Shown in pieces: positions 39,349 through 50,276 of a DNA stretch of 64,000 bases. The stretch's first letter is position 1, and every line of letters begins with the position of its first letter. Source of the DNA: Prochlorococcus sp. AG-347-L20 (lineage in GTDB: Bacteria > Cyanobacteriota > Cyanobacteriia > PCC-6307 > Cyanobiaceae); the NCBI GenBank assembly GCA_003281225.1, contig QCCP01000011.1, forward strand, positions 354-64,353, in the 5' to 3' direction. A program made the translations under genes and the position numbers. Under the pieces are notes generated by a model. That model made no database searches, was not told the DNA's origin, and saw nothing but the letters and a program-made list of their open reading frames with translations.

Positions 39349-39537
39349 TTTTTACTAATAAACTATAATTAAGTCATGAGTATTTTCACTCATAATCTAA
39401 TAGATTTAATCCTAAAAATTCAGTTATAAGAACATATTTCCCACTTTTAATACAATTAAATACATATTTGTTTAGAAACATATTTCATGTGTATTTGCAC
39501 TGCAAGAATATAAATAATAATGTGTTTTAAGCTTTAA

Positions 39538-40425
<888 letters not shown>

Positions 40426-40431
40426 TCTAAA

Positions 40432-41442
40432 TTAATCTAATCCAACCAATTGGCTCGTTAAATCATAAGTTTGCTGAGAAGTCTTCGTATCAATTATTCT
40501 TTTTGACAACTTTTGAGAAAAAGCTTTTCTGCCAGTTTTTTGACGATTTCCCCAACTCCAATGTACTGAAGGTTTAGCGAATTCTTTATAAGTTGCCACT
40601 TGAGCGACCCTCTCTCCTGCCAATCTTTGTGAAACATATCCTTTTGTTATGAATTTTTGAAATATGGGGAAAAGGAATCTAAATAACCAAGGTGTATCTC
40701 TAAAAAGTTTTGTATCAGCAACACATCCAGGATAAAGAGAATTTACAATAATCTTCTCTGCAGGATATCTTTTTGATAATTCCTGAACGGTCACCATATT
40801 GCAAAGTTTACTATCCTTATAAGCCTTACCAGGTTTAAATTTCTTTCCATTCGCCATACTTATTGGAGATAAAAAACCATTTTTGAATCCAGATAAATCT
40901 CCCAAATCAGCTGGGGCAGGAATGGGGATCCTTCCTCCAAGTTCTGAATAATTAGCCGTAACAGTCCCTAATACTGTAATTCTTGGCTTGAATACAGCTG
41001 ATTTGCCATTTAAAACAATTTCTCTTTCAGAAGATAAAATATTTTCCATAAGTAGGTTTATTATAAGAAAATGGCCAAAATGATTTACTGCCATAGAGTT
41101 TTCAAACCCCTGTGCAGACCTTTCAGGTCTCTTTAATCTCGGTTTATAAACTGCTGCATTACAAATAAGAGAATTTATTGGCTTTTTAAATCTTTCTAAT
41201 ATTTCATCGCAACCTTTTCTCACATCATCCAAGTTAGAAAGATCTATTTCTATAAAGTGAACATTTTCAACTTCCTCTTTTGTCAAGTATTCCTCAGCTA
41301 TTCTTATAGCTCTTTTATTTGATCGATTAACTGCTATAACCTCCCATCCAAATCTTAATAGAGGTTTTAGAGTATTTAATCCAACTCCTGAAGTTGTTCC
41401 TGTTATTAGGACTAAACCCTTAATGTTCTTACTCACTAGCAA
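40432..41442 (-). CDS. por: light-dependent protochlorophyllide oxidoreductase
   Basis: 336 aa. It is an SDR with ITGTTSGVGL, the catalytic YKDSK and the LPOR-specific insertion. The start is TTG 41442 or GTG 41436. Confidence 0.92.
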   Translation of the reverse strand: MLVSKNIKGLVLITGTTSGVGLNTLKPLLRFGWEVIAVNRSNKRAIRIAEEYLTKEEVENVHFIEIDLSNLDDVRKGCDEILERFKKPINSLICNAAVYKPRLKRPERSAQGFENSMAVNHFGHFLIINLLMENILSSEREIVLNGKSAVFKPRITVLGTVTANYSELGGRIPIPAPADLGDLSGFKNGFLSPISMANGKKFKPGKAYKDSKLCNMVTVQELSKRYPAEKIIVNSLYPGCVADTKLFRDTPWLFRFLFPIFQKFITKGYVSQRLAGERVAQVATYKEFAKPSVHWSWGNRQKTGRKAFSQKLSKRIIDTKTSQQTYDLTSQLVGLD

Positions 41443-41490
41443 AAAAGTTAATTGAAAAATTAAAAGTAGAATGATTCAAGATCATCCTTA

Positions 41491-41838
41491 TCAACGCCAT
41501 ATTACTCTGATAATGTCCCTAGAAATTATTTGATCCTGTTCCTTCATAAATCTTTGCTCACCTTCAGAAGAGAATAAATCATCAAACTTATCTGTTAAGA
41601 CATTAAATCTATATTTTTCGTATAAAAATGAGTCTTCAATTTCCCTTAATCTGGTCAACCTTACTTTAGAACTATAGCCAAGCCTAATCAGGCTTATTAT
41701 TGCTAAAAGGGAAAAGCTAATTTTTATAATTAAAAAAATCAATGATAAAAAATAATCCTGTTTCTGTTGTCTTTTTATAAATAAAGGCCCTAAATATTTT
41801 TTGTGGAAAATACTATTTTTATAAAAAGATTTTGACAA
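41491..41838 (-). CDS. hypothetical single-pass membrane protein with coiled-coil tail
   Basis: 115 aa with one TM helix (FLSLIFLIIKISFSLLAIISLI) and then a charged region. It has a TTG start. I recognise no domain with confidence. Confidence 0.4.
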   Translation of the reverse strand: MSKSFYKNSIFHKKYLGPLFIKRQQKQDYFLSLIFLIIKISFSLLAIISLIRLGYSSKVRLTRLREIEDSFLYEKYRFNVLTDKFDDLFSSEGEQRFMKEQDQIISRDIIRVIWR

Positions 41839-41923
41839 ATTAAGAACTTGATATTTTTACTGAATAAATCAATTCAGTCTTACTTTATTATTACCTCATA
41901 AATTTTAAATTTTCTAATAGACT

Positions 41924-42028
41924 TTAGTTTCTACCTAAACTAATTCCTAATCTTAACGCTAAAACTCCTGCATGTATTACAACTATGAGGCTTAATGCAA
42001 TAAGATTTATTGTTTGAGTTGGCTCCAT
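41924..42028 (-). CDS. psaM: photosystem I subunit XII (PsaM)-like 34-aa membrane peptide, absent from the ORF track
   Basis: Manual translation of the minus strand gives [34 protein letters not shown], followed by a stop. It has a single TM helix with the PsaM-like ...LA.RLG..L tail and an ATG start. Confidence 0.55.
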   Translation of the reverse strand: MEPTQTINLIALSLIVVIHAGVLALRLGISLGRN

Positions 42029-42130
42029 GGTAAAAAAAATTATTTTCTATATTCTCCACCGAAAAGAGAAGATTTGAAACACTATTACAAAATGATGTTA
42101 CGTAATTAACAAATTGAAAGAAAAAAATTA

Positions 42131-42859
42131 TTGAAAATTATCATAAGTAAACCTACAAAGTTAATTTTGGGAATTGAAAGTCAGGCTTTAATTTTTTCAA
42201 CAAATAATTTACCTGGATTTGATCAAATGGCTTTAGATTTAAATTCTTTAGACCAGACAATTTCGAATCCTGAAATAATTCTCACATTAAGGTTCTATTA
42301 TTGGACTGGGGATTGGCTTTCAATTGGCTATCACCAAAAGGAAATTCCTCCTCATTGGAAAAATTTATTATCAAATGAGGAAATTAATATTGTTAGACGT
42401 CCCTCTGGAGGGGGTGCTGTACTGCATTCAGGAGGCATAACATATGCATTAACATTTAAAAAAACTTACTATAAAGTCTTAAGTTATGAAATGGTTAATA
42501 ATTGGTTAATTAAAAGTTTTAGAGAATTAGGTCTAAACTTACAATATGGTAATTCACGAAAATCAAGCATTAAAACAAATTGTTTTGGGACTTCATTAAT
42601 TTCCGATTTAGTTGATCAGGATGGGTTTAAGAGAATAGGTAGTGCTCAATTTCGTAAAAAAGGTGCATTCCTTCAACATGGAGAAATTCAAACAAATCCT
42701 TCAAGAGATTTGTGGTTCAAATTATTCAAAGAAGAAGCTCCACCAAAAGTAAATTTAAAACTAACAAATGATCAAATAGTTGAACATTTGAGAAATTCAT
42801 TTCTGAAAAATAAATCAAATATAAATTTCAAAAATATTGCCATAGATTATAAAAAATAG
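42131..42859 (+). CDS. biotin/lipoate A/B protein ligase-family protein (LplA-like)
   Basis: 242 aa with the BPL/LPL catalytic-domain pattern VRRPSGGGAVLHSGGITYAL and ...RIGSAQFRKKGAFLQHGEI. It has a TTG start. Confidence 0.7.
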   Translation: MKIIISKPTKLILGIESQALIFSTNNLPGFDQMALDLNSLDQTISNPEIILTLRFYYWTGDWLSIGYHQKEIPPHWKNLLSNEEINIVRRPSGGGAVLHSGGITYALTFKKTYYKVLSYEMVNNWLIKSFRELGLNLQYGNSRKSSIKTNCFGTSLISDLVDQDGFKRIGSAQFRKKGAFLQHGEIQTNPSRDLWFKLFKEEAPPKVNLKLTNDQIVEHLRNSFLKNKSNINFKNIAIDYKK

Positions 42860-42880
42860 AAAATTTTAATGACAGAATTA

Positions 42881-44104
42881 TTAAAGATCTCCTTTCTGCT
42901 TCATTGAATTAATTATTCTCGGCAATTCAATTCCTAAGGGATAATGATTTTTAAAGTTTAATTTGTTAATAATGTCTGAAGGCAAATTAAAACCTAATTT
43001 ATTCAATACAAAGTTTCCAATTTTTGACCTATCAATTATCCCCAAAGGGATATATGCACCATTGAGAACCAATAAAAAACCTTCATTTGTTTCTTCAAGT
43101 CTTTCTATAGTTCTCCATAATTTATCGTTACAAGATATACTTTCAAAACTATCGATTGGTTTCTTAAAATCTCCAACAAAGTTCCATTCCCATTTTTTTA
43201 AAGAAACAGTTTTTAAAATATTCTCATCAACAAAACCGGTCCATCTACCATTATTCGTAACAAAAAAATATTTATCCGATGCATCCTTCTTATTTTTTAT
43301 TAATTTATTAAATTCTGAGAAATTTGAATCGTATTCAATTTTCCTCAAAGGCTTAAGTTTAATCTCAGAAACTTTACTAAATTTAAGTATGTTTTCAATT
43401 TTAAAAAATTGACTTTCAGATTTTGAAGAATTAATTCCAAACAAGCCCAAAAAAGAAAGAATAAAACCAAAGTAAAAGTTAAATCTAAATAAACAAATTA
43501 TCCCAAAAAATAAAACAAAAAAAGATAATACTAAATTTACTTTATTGAGGAAATATCTTCCTTTATTTTTACTCCCTGAGAAATGCCAAATAATACTTTT
43601 TAATAAATTCCCTCCATCTAAAGAACCAATTGGAATCAAATTTAAGAAGCCTAAGAATAGATTAAATATACCTACTCTTGAAATTACATTAACTGCTATT
43701 TGTTCCTGAGATGCACTGTTATTACTAATTAAAAGTAAGATTGATGCTGTAGCGAAACATAAAAGAGGTCTTACAATTGCAATTTTTATATTACCTAAAG
43801 CAGTTTGACAATACTTATCTATTTGTAAAATTGCTCCTAAAAAATAAAAAGTAATTTTTTTTATTTTTACACCCTGATTAAGTGAAACAAAAGTATGAAA
43901 AACCTCATGAAAAATAATTGAAGATAATAAGCAAAAAGAAGTTAAAAACCCTATAATCCAAGCTTCTTTATTATTGTAGATATCGCCAGAGGATAAATTG
44001 ACCTGATTACTTATACTCCATGAGAATAAAAAGAGAATAACAAACCAATAGGGATGAACTTTAAAGGGAATTCCCCATATTTTAAAAATTTGCCAACTTC
44101 TCAA
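42881..44104 (-). CDS. site-2 protease (M50 metalloprotease) with C-terminal CBS-like region
   Basis: 407 aa and polytopic. It has the HEVFH zinc motif within a TM helix, a second NLIPIGSLDGG motif, and a soluble C-terminal domain. Confidence 0.8.
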   Translation of the reverse strand: MRSWQIFKIWGIPFKVHPYWFVILFLFSWSISNQVNLSSGDIYNNKEAWIIGFLTSFCLLSSIIFHEVFHTFVSLNQGVKIKKITFYFLGAILQIDKYCQTALGNIKIAIVRPLLCFATASILLLISNNSASQEQIAVNVISRVGIFNLFLGFLNLIPIGSLDGGNLLKSIIWHFSGSKNKGRYFLNKVNLVLSFFVLFFGIICLFRFNFYFGFILSFLGLFGINSSKSESQFFKIENILKFSKVSEIKLKPLRKIEYDSNFSEFNKLIKNKKDASDKYFFVTNNGRWTGFVDENILKTVSLKKWEWNFVGDFKKPIDSFESISCNDKLWRTIERLEETNEGFLLVLNGAYIPLGIIDRSKIGNFVLNKLGFNLPSDIINKLNFKNHYPLGIELPRIINSMKQKGDL

Positions 44105-44144
44105 AAATAATCTCCGCTATATTTAGCAATAATATTAATCTTAC

Positions 44145-44816
44145 ATGCAGGATAATGATATGCCCAAGACTAATCCTTTAGTTAAAATTTGTGGACTAAC
44201 TTCTGAAGAACAAGCTCTTCAAGTCGCTAAATTAGGAGCGAATGCTATTGGCATTATTTCGGTTGAAGAGTCGCCAAGGTATGTATCAGCTGAAATTAAG
44301 AAAAAAATATTTAAAACCCTAGAAAATTTTTATCCAAAAATCGATAGAGTAACTGTTGTACAAAATTGTCCTATAGATTTAATTATCAAAAACTTCTTAG
44401 GCAACCCAAGTGAAAATATCATTCAATTACATGGAGATGAAGATATTGATTATTGCAAAGAAATAAAGAAAAAAATTCCATATATTGGCCTATGGAAGGC
44501 TTTCAGAATAAAAACGGAAAAGGACATAGATAGAATAAAACCTTTTGAAGATTTTGTAGATGCGATACTGCTTGATTCTTGGAATAAAGAAACTTATGGA
44601 GGTTCAGGGAAAAAAATAAATTCTATTTATTTAGAGAATTTGCAATTTAGCAAACCATGGTTTTTAGCAGGTGGAATATCAATTGAATGGATTGATGAAA
44701 TCCTTACTGACTTCAAACCAGATGGCCTAGATATTTCAAGTAGTATTGAAATATCTCCAGGTTTAAAAGATATAAAAAAAACAAAAGATCTTTTTAAGTT
44801 GTTAAAAAAAATTTAG
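44145..44816 (+). CDS. trpF: phosphoribosylanthranilate isomerase
   Basis: 223 aa with VKICGLT near the N-terminus, QLHGDE and FLAGGI motifs. An alternative start at the second Met is possible. Confidence 0.85.
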   Translation: MQDNDMPKTNPLVKICGLTSEEQALQVAKLGANAIGIISVEESPRYVSAEIKKKIFKTLENFYPKIDRVTVVQNCPIDLIIKNFLGNPSENIIQLHGDEDIDYCKEIKKKIPYIGLWKAFRIKTEKDIDRIKPFEDFVDAILLDSWNKETYGGSGKKINSIYLENLQFSKPWFLAGGISIEWIDEILTDFKPDGLDISSSIEISPGLKDIKKTKDLFKLLKKI

Positions 44817-45553
44817 TAATTATTAGTAGCGGACTGCTGTTTTACAAGCTCAAAAAATTCTTGTTTTAAACTTAAATCGTGTCTAAAATCACCTCTCACA
44901 ACAGAATTAATCATGCTTGTATTTGGTTCTTTGACTCCCCTCCACTTCATACAATAATGTTGGGCCTTTACAATAATGCCTAAACCTTTAGGTTCGCATA
45001 GTTTTTCAATTTCATCTGCAAGGATCATTACAGCTTCTTCCTGAATATGAGGTCTTGAAAAAACCCAATCAGCAACTCTCGCAAATTTGGAAAGCCCTAT
45101 GACTTTATTTCCAGGTTTAATACCTATCCAACACTCTCCTAGAATTGGTACTAAGTGATGTGAACATGCAGATCTGACCGAAATTGGACCAACTGTATAA
45201 ATTTCGTCAAGATTCTTGTCATTAGGAAAACTTGTAACTTTAGGTTGCTCATGATATCTGCCTTTAAAAACTTCGTTTAGATACATTTTTGAAACTCTCT
45301 CAGCAGTTTCTTGAGTATTATGATCATTCTCGACATCAATTACGAGGGACTTTAGTAGGTCTTTAACTCTTGAGGCTACTTCTTTTTCTAAAATTTCTAA
45401 TTCACCAGGATTTATAAAATCAGAAATATTATCGTTTGCACTAAATCTTTTACCAGAATTCTTAATTCTGTCTCTTATTATTTCAGAAATTAGTTTATTA
45501 GTAATCTGGTCGTCAAAGTTTCTAATATTATCGTTGGGTAATGTAGAGGTCAT
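44813..45553 (-). CDS. folE: GTP cyclohydrolase I
   Basis: 246 aa with ACSHHLVPILG (Zn ligands) and QEEAVMILADEI-type motifs. Its stop codon overlaps the trpF stop (TTAG). Confidence 0.9.
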   Translation of the reverse strand: MTSTLPNDNIRNFDDQITNKLISEIIRDRIKNSGKRFSANDNISDFINPGELEILEKEVASRVKDLLKSLVIDVENDHNTQETAERVSKMYLNEVFKGRYHEQPKVTSFPNDKNLDEIYTVGPISVRSACSHHLVPILGECWIGIKPGNKVIGLSKFARVADWVFSRPHIQEEAVMILADEIEKLCEPKGLGIIVKAQHYCMKWRGVKEPNTSMINSVVRGDFRHDLSLKQEFFELVKQQSATNNY

Positions 45554-45663
45554 AAAATTCTAAACAGAAAATTGTATGCAACTTAATTAACTGTATCTTC
45601 CAAAAGCTTAATTGCTCATATACTATATCACATTCTCTTGTTCAATCGGGTTCTAATAGTACT

Positions 45664-45701
45664 AAAAAAAATCACTGTTTTAAGATTAATCAGATAAACA
45701 G
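45664..45701 (-). terminator. weak hairpin plus T8 run downstream of the SDR gene (candidate terminator of the ado-aar-accA-SDR string)
   Basis: On the minus strand, CTGTTT, a 15-nt loop and AAACAG are followed by TGA and then TTTTTTTT. The stem is only 6 bp and AU-rich. Confidence 0.25.
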
Positions 45702-45706
45702 AATGT

Positions 45707-46414
45707 TTAAAAAGCTCCGCCAGAAGGCATCAAAGTCAAGTCTTCGATCAATTGTGATTGAGGTTTATTAGCCATGTAGAGAATAGTTTCTGATACCTCT
45801 TTTGAGGAGAGCATAGAAGTTCTATCAAAATCAGAATTGATTGATTCGGAGTCCCAAAGAGGAGTATTGACTGAACCAAGAGTTATTGTGCAAGCTCTTA
45901 TTGAATTAGATCTCTCCTCCTCCCTCAAGCATTTAGTAAACATAGCTAATGCAGATTTTGAAACACAATAAGCTCCCCATTGGGGGAATGCATTATAAGA
46001 GGCATGACTACTAACATTAATAACTAAACCACCATTTTTTCTCATTTGAGGAATTATTGAACTACAAATTTGAAAAACACTTGTCAGGTTTATTTGAATA
46101 GTTTGTTCCCATTGACCTAATTCCATTTCGACTAAAGGGCTATTAAATGCGCAACCGGCATTATTTATCAATACTGAAGGGCATCCATATTTCTCAATTG
46201 CCTCTTTAACACAATGCTCTATTTCTAGGGGGTTAGATAAATCACATTTTACTAGGTTAATTTTTGATTTAGTGGTCAACAGTTCGCTTTTTAGTTTCTC
46301 CATTAAATCCATATTCCTGGAGAGTAAAATTAAATCCCAGCCAGCATTAGCAAAAGTAATTGCGGTAGATCTACCAATACCTTTCGTAGCACCCGTTATA
46401 AAAGCTAGTTTCAA
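45707..46414 (-). CDS. short-chain dehydrogenase/reductase
   Basis: It has TGATKGIG, NNAG and catalytic YCVSK. I prefer TTG 46414 (MKLAFITGATKGIG), one base after the accA stop, over the ORF-track TTG 46456, which would overlap accA by 41 nt. Confidence 0.8.
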   Translation of the reverse strand: MKLAFITGATKGIGRSTAITFANAGWDLILLSRNMDLMEKLKSELLTTKSKINLVKCDLSNPLEIEHCVKEAIEKYGCPSVLINNAGCAFNSPLVEMELGQWEQTIQINLTSVFQICSSIIPQMRKNGGLVINVSSHASYNAFPQWGAYCVSKSALAMFTKCLREEERSNSIRACTITLGSVNTPLWDSESINSDFDRTSMLSSKEVSETILYMANKPQSQLIEDLTLMPSGGAF

Positions 46415-46415
46415 G

Positions 46416-47423
46416 TTATTCAGTTTTTTGGGGAATTTCACTATAAATCTCTTCAATATTATTCGCTTCGATAAATTTACCTAAAACCCTGAACTTTTTG
46501 TATCTTTCCTCAATTAATTGGTCTTCAGGCATTTGTAGTAGAGCATTCAAGTGTTTCTCAATAGCCTCTTTTAGTGTATTGCCAGCATCTAAAGGAGCCC
46601 AATTATTCCCACCAGAAGGTTCTGGTAAAACCTCATCTATGATACCTAATTTAAGTAAATCTTTGCCTGTAATTTTAAGTGCTGATGCCGCTTCTGGTGC
46701 CTTCGCAGCATCTCTCCACAAAATTGATGCACATGCTTCTGGACTAGCAACCGTGTAAACACTGTGTTCAAACATTAGTAACCTATCGGCGACACCTATT
46801 CCAAGTGCGCCTCCTGATCCTCCTTCTCCAATGACAGTAGCAATAATTGGAACTTTCAATCCAAACATCTCTCGAAGGTTTCTTGCAATTGCTTCACCTT
46901 GACCTTGTTCTTCAGCTTTTAAACCAGCATAAGCTCCAGGAGTATCAATAAATGTGAGAATTGGCAAAGCGAATCTATTTGCATGTTGCATTAATCTAAG
47001 AGCTTTTCTATAACCTCCTGGTTTTGCCATCCCAAAGTTTCTTACTACATTTTCTTTTGTATCCCTTCCTTTTTGATGCCCTAACATCAACACTGGTCTA
47101 TTATTTATCGAACCTATCCCCCCAATTAATGCCATATCATCGCCACCATTTCTGTCTCCATGTAATTCGATCCAATCATCACAAAACATTTGAACAAAGT
47201 CCAAAGTACTTGGTCTTTGAGGATGTCTAGCTACCTGAATCTTTTGAGCAGGGGTGAGAGATTTAAATATTTCTTCTCTTCTTCTAGTAGCTAAGGTTTC
47301 AAGCTGTAGAAGCTGTTGACTAACATCTACCTCTGAATCTCGAGCTAATTCTTTAATTTGCTCTATCTGCTTCTCAAGTTCAACAAGAGGCTTTTCAAAA
47401 TCAAGAAGGTAACGTTTAGCCAT
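46416..47423 (-). CDS. accA: acetyl-CoA carboxylase carboxyltransferase alpha subunit
   Basis: 335 aa with [29 protein letters not shown] and [10 protein letters not shown]. Confidence 0.95.
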   Translation of the reverse strand: MAKRYLLDFEKPLVELEKQIEQIKELARDSEVDVSQQLLQLETLATRRREEIFKSLTPAQKIQVARHPQRPSTLDFVQMFCDDWIELHGDRNGGDDMALIGGIGSINNRPVLMLGHQKGRDTKENVVRNFGMAKPGGYRKALRLMQHANRFALPILTFIDTPGAYAGLKAEEQGQGEAIARNLREMFGLKVPIIATVIGEGGSGGALGIGVADRLLMFEHSVYTVASPEACASILWRDAAKAPEAASALKITGKDLLKLGIIDEVLPEPSGGNNWAPLDAGNTLKEAIEKHLNALLQMPEDQLIEERYKKFRVLGKFIEANNIEEIYSEIPQKTE

Positions 47424-47426
47424 GAT

Positions 47427-48467
47427 TTAGACAGTTAATACTTTAGGCTGCTTATCAAGTCCAATGGCAGAAAAACCATGCTTTAAAGAAGCTGCTCCAA
47501 TAAATTCCATCTTTTCAAGGGAAATATTATTTCTTCCCCAACTAAAGTTTGTATGACACTTTTCAAATTCTAAAATCATAGCTTCTGCAAAGCAAGCAAA
47601 CATCTCTCGCTGAGGGTTTTGCATTTCCGCAAGTTCCATCATATTCCAACCAATATCATTGAAAAACTCTACTATACCTCCTTTTAAAACATAAATATTT
47701 TCACCCTGAAATTTTTCATCAAGATTTTTGGGGTATCCACCATCAATCATTAAACATGGTTTTTTTAAGTTGTCAGTATCAATTTCAATAGTTTTAGGCA
47801 TACTTGCAACCCACACAACAATGTCCGCCTGAGGCAATGCCTCATCCAAACTTGTTATGGTGCCGCCATCTAATTCTTTTTGTAACAGCGCTAGAGGTTC
47901 TTGTTGTCTTGCTACCATAAGAAGTTCTGAAATCCCAGTTTTATTGATAAGCCACCTACAAACAGCGCTACCAATATCACCTGTAGCACCAATTACAGCA
48001 ACAGTTGCTTTTTTAAGGTCTATCCCAATGCGAGGAGCATTTATTTCTAGTTGCTTACAAATAACCCAGGCGGTATGAGTATTGCCAGTAGTAAACCTTT
48101 CCCACTCTAATGAAGTATTTCTAATTTGTTTATGCTGTAGAAGATTAAAATTCTCAAAAATAATAGAAGTAAATCCTCCTAGAGCGGTAATATTAATCCC
48201 TTTTTTCTGAGCCAGTTCCATAGCATTTAGTACTTTTCTTCTAGCGGTTTTAAACCTAGAAAGCATTTCAGGAACAAAGCACGAATCTATATAAGAACCT
48301 TCAATAGATATTCCAGTTGCACTCTTAACTTCTACATTTTCAACAAGCTGAGGAGGAGCAGTACACCAAACATCCAAGTCACCATCAGCAATATGATCAA
48401 AGCCTAGCATCGAAGCTTTTCTTTTTGCATCTTCAAAACTGGTTGAGTGGCCTATTAACCCAAACAT
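47427..48467 (-). CDS. aar: long-chain acyl-ACP reductase (fatty aldehyde-forming)
   Basis: 346 aa. It begins [12 protein letters not shown], has the Rossmann motif [10 protein letters not shown], and is adjacent to ado as in cyanobacterial alkane loci. Confidence 0.9.
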   Translation of the reverse strand: MFGLIGHSTSFEDAKRKASMLGFDHIADGDLDVWCTAPPQLVENVEVKSATGISIEGSYIDSCFVPEMLSRFKTARRKVLNAMELAQKKGINITALGGFTSIIFENFNLLQHKQIRNTSLEWERFTTGNTHTAWVICKQLEINAPRIGIDLKKATVAVIGATGDIGSAVCRWLINKTGISELLMVARQQEPLALLQKELDGGTITSLDEALPQADIVVWVASMPKTIEIDTDNLKKPCLMIDGGYPKNLDEKFQGENIYVLKGGIVEFFNDIGWNMMELAEMQNPQREMFACFAEAMILEFEKCHTNFSWGRNNISLEKMEFIGAASLKHGFSAIGLDKQPKVLTV

Positions 48468-48575
48468 TTAAAATTTATAAATGGTTTCTATACAATGTTA
48501 TGAACAATAGCACAGAGGTAACTACTTAAATAGGTTTGATTAATTATTAAAAGCCTTAATTAATTAGAAATGAAA

Positions 48576-49331
48576 TTAGACGATAGCTGCCATAGCCATT
48601 CTTGCAATTTCTCTATTATCTAGACCTATTTCCATCAATGTATCTTGATAAGCAATCATAAATTCTTCCATTAATTCTTCTCTATCCATAGCTAAAACTG
48701 ATGCGTCATCTGCTACTTCATCTAACATCTTTTTAATTAACGGAAGATTAACCTTATTAGCTTCCATTAATTCCTCTTTACAAGTTGATAAATTCTCTTT
48801 AAGCCACTCTTGACCATAATTTAAATGAAGATATTCATCTTTAACCACTCCCTCTGTTATTTTTTTTGCGAAAGGATCCGCAACTCTTATGTAGACGTTA
48901 TAAGCAGAAATTGCAAATGCTTCAATTAAGATGGCTTGTATTAAAAGACATGTTGTTAAATTTCCTTTTTCAAGAGCAACTTGAAAATTACCATGTAATT
49001 TAGAAAAGAATTTTTTAGCAAAATCCATATCAGCTACTACACCTAAATTTCTTCCACATGCAGTAAAGCCTTTTTTATGCTTCATTTCCATTCTCGCCAA
49101 TTTAGTTAATTCCTCTAACTCATTTGGAATTAAAGTTGCTATTGAAATATAATTATCATGAGCTTCTTGCTCTCCCTCTATAACAATTGCATTTATTCTG
49201 CTGTATGCATCCTTATAAGAATCTGTAGTGAAGTCGGGTAAATCTAAAGAAATCGGATTAATCGATTCTTCAATAGTTTTTTTATTTGATTCTAGAGTTT
49301 GCATGTCAGTAATCTTTAGCTCATTATGCAT
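48576..49331 (-). CDS. ado: aldehyde-deformylating oxygenase
   Basis: A ferritin-like di-iron protein with EGEQEAHDNY and LIEAFAISAYNVY/EYLHLNYG segments. The true start may be the internal Met (MQTLESN...). Confidence 0.9.
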   Translation of the reverse strand: MHNELKITDMQTLESNKKTIEESINPISLDLPDFTTDSYKDAYSRINAIVIEGEQEAHDNYISIATLIPNELEELTKLARMEMKHKKGFTACGRNLGVVADMDFAKKFFSKLHGNFQVALEKGNLTTCLLIQAILIEAFAISAYNVYIRVADPFAKKITEGVVKDEYLHLNYGQEWLKENLSTCKEELMEANKVNLPLIKKMLDEVADDASVLAMDREELMEEFMIAYQDTLMEIGLDNREIARMAMAAIV

Positions 49332-49415
49332 GAATATTACACGATTATAGAGAGTTTATTTAAATATCATGAAAATAGTTTCAATTGTTAAGTCACATTT
49401 TTTACTTAAACTTAT

Positions 49416-50210
49416 TTAAGAATTGTTTGGCCAATCAGATTGCATCAGATTCATAATCAATTTGAACCAATGATTAATCAATAATTCCTTTAAATTTTTT
49501 CCTAAAGACTCATTTGCTCCTCTACTATCTCCAATAACACCTGATTTACTGAAGTCGTCAGTAAGCCAAGCAGTAGGCGCATTCCCCTCTAGACTCCAGC
49601 CTTCTGGGATTTGTCCTTTATTGCCCTCATTTGGGCGTTCATCACCTACTAATTCTGGTTTCAAAGCGAGCATCAAACTTGTTTCAGCTAAAGAGGCATG
49701 AAGCCCATCCTCGATCTCAGTTTTTGTTAACAATTCACTTAATCCATTAACACCACTCCATAGAAAACAAGGGAAAACTGCCATCCCCGGAGAGAAACTT
49801 CTTAGTTCTCTTGCTGCTGTGTTTAGTAGTGAGATTTGACCTCCATGTCCATTTATTAATATCAATCTTTTAAAACCTATTTCAGATAATTGACCTCCGA
49901 CTTCCTTAATCATTGAGGTTATTAAATTTGAGGAAAGTGAAATTGTCCCGGCAAAACCTTTATGTTCTGGCGAAAACCCAATATATTGAGTTGGAAGTTT
50001 TTTTAATGGAATATCGGCAGGTAATAATTTAAAAACTTCGCTAATGATGTCATCAACAAAAATACTATCTGTAGCAAGAGGCAAATGAGGTCCATGTTGC
50101 TCAATAGCACCAAATGGCCAAATCACTGTTGATCTTTTTTCTTTTGCAATACTCTCAATTTCTTGCCAATTTAAATATTCAAATTTATTAGATATTGGTT
50201 TAAAGTTCAT
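49416..50210 (-). CDS. creatininase-family amidohydrolase
   Basis: 264 aa with the patterns WPFGAIEQHGPHLPLATD and LINGHGGQ. Confidence 0.75.
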   Translation of the reverse strand: MNFKPISNKFEYLNWQEIESIAKEKRSTVIWPFGAIEQHGPHLPLATDSIFVDDIISEVFKLLPADIPLKKLPTQYIGFSPEHKGFAGTISLSSNLITSMIKEVGGQLSEIGFKRLILINGHGGQISLLNTAARELRSFSPGMAVFPCFLWSGVNGLSELLTKTEIEDGLHASLAETSLMLALKPELVGDERPNEGNKGQIPEGWSLEGNAPTAWLTDDFSKSGVIGDSRGANESLGKNLKELLINHWFKLIMNLMQSDWPNNS

Positions 50211-50276
50211 TAATTTTAATTTTGAGTACTAACATTTAGAGTATGTTAATAATTAATTATTCTTATTTTACCTACG

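Noticed and set aside
42963-43412. 149-aa plus-strand ORF antisense to the site-2 protease gene
   Set aside because: It is a Lys/Phe/Leu/Ser-rich mirror-image translation of an AT-rich membrane-protein gene. I see no independent coding signal.
46415-46456. 41-nt overlap between the SDR gene start and the accA 3' end
   Set aside because: It comes from choosing the most distal TTG. The in-frame TTG at 46414 yields a canonical SDR N-terminus (MKLAFITGATKGIG) and removes the overlap.
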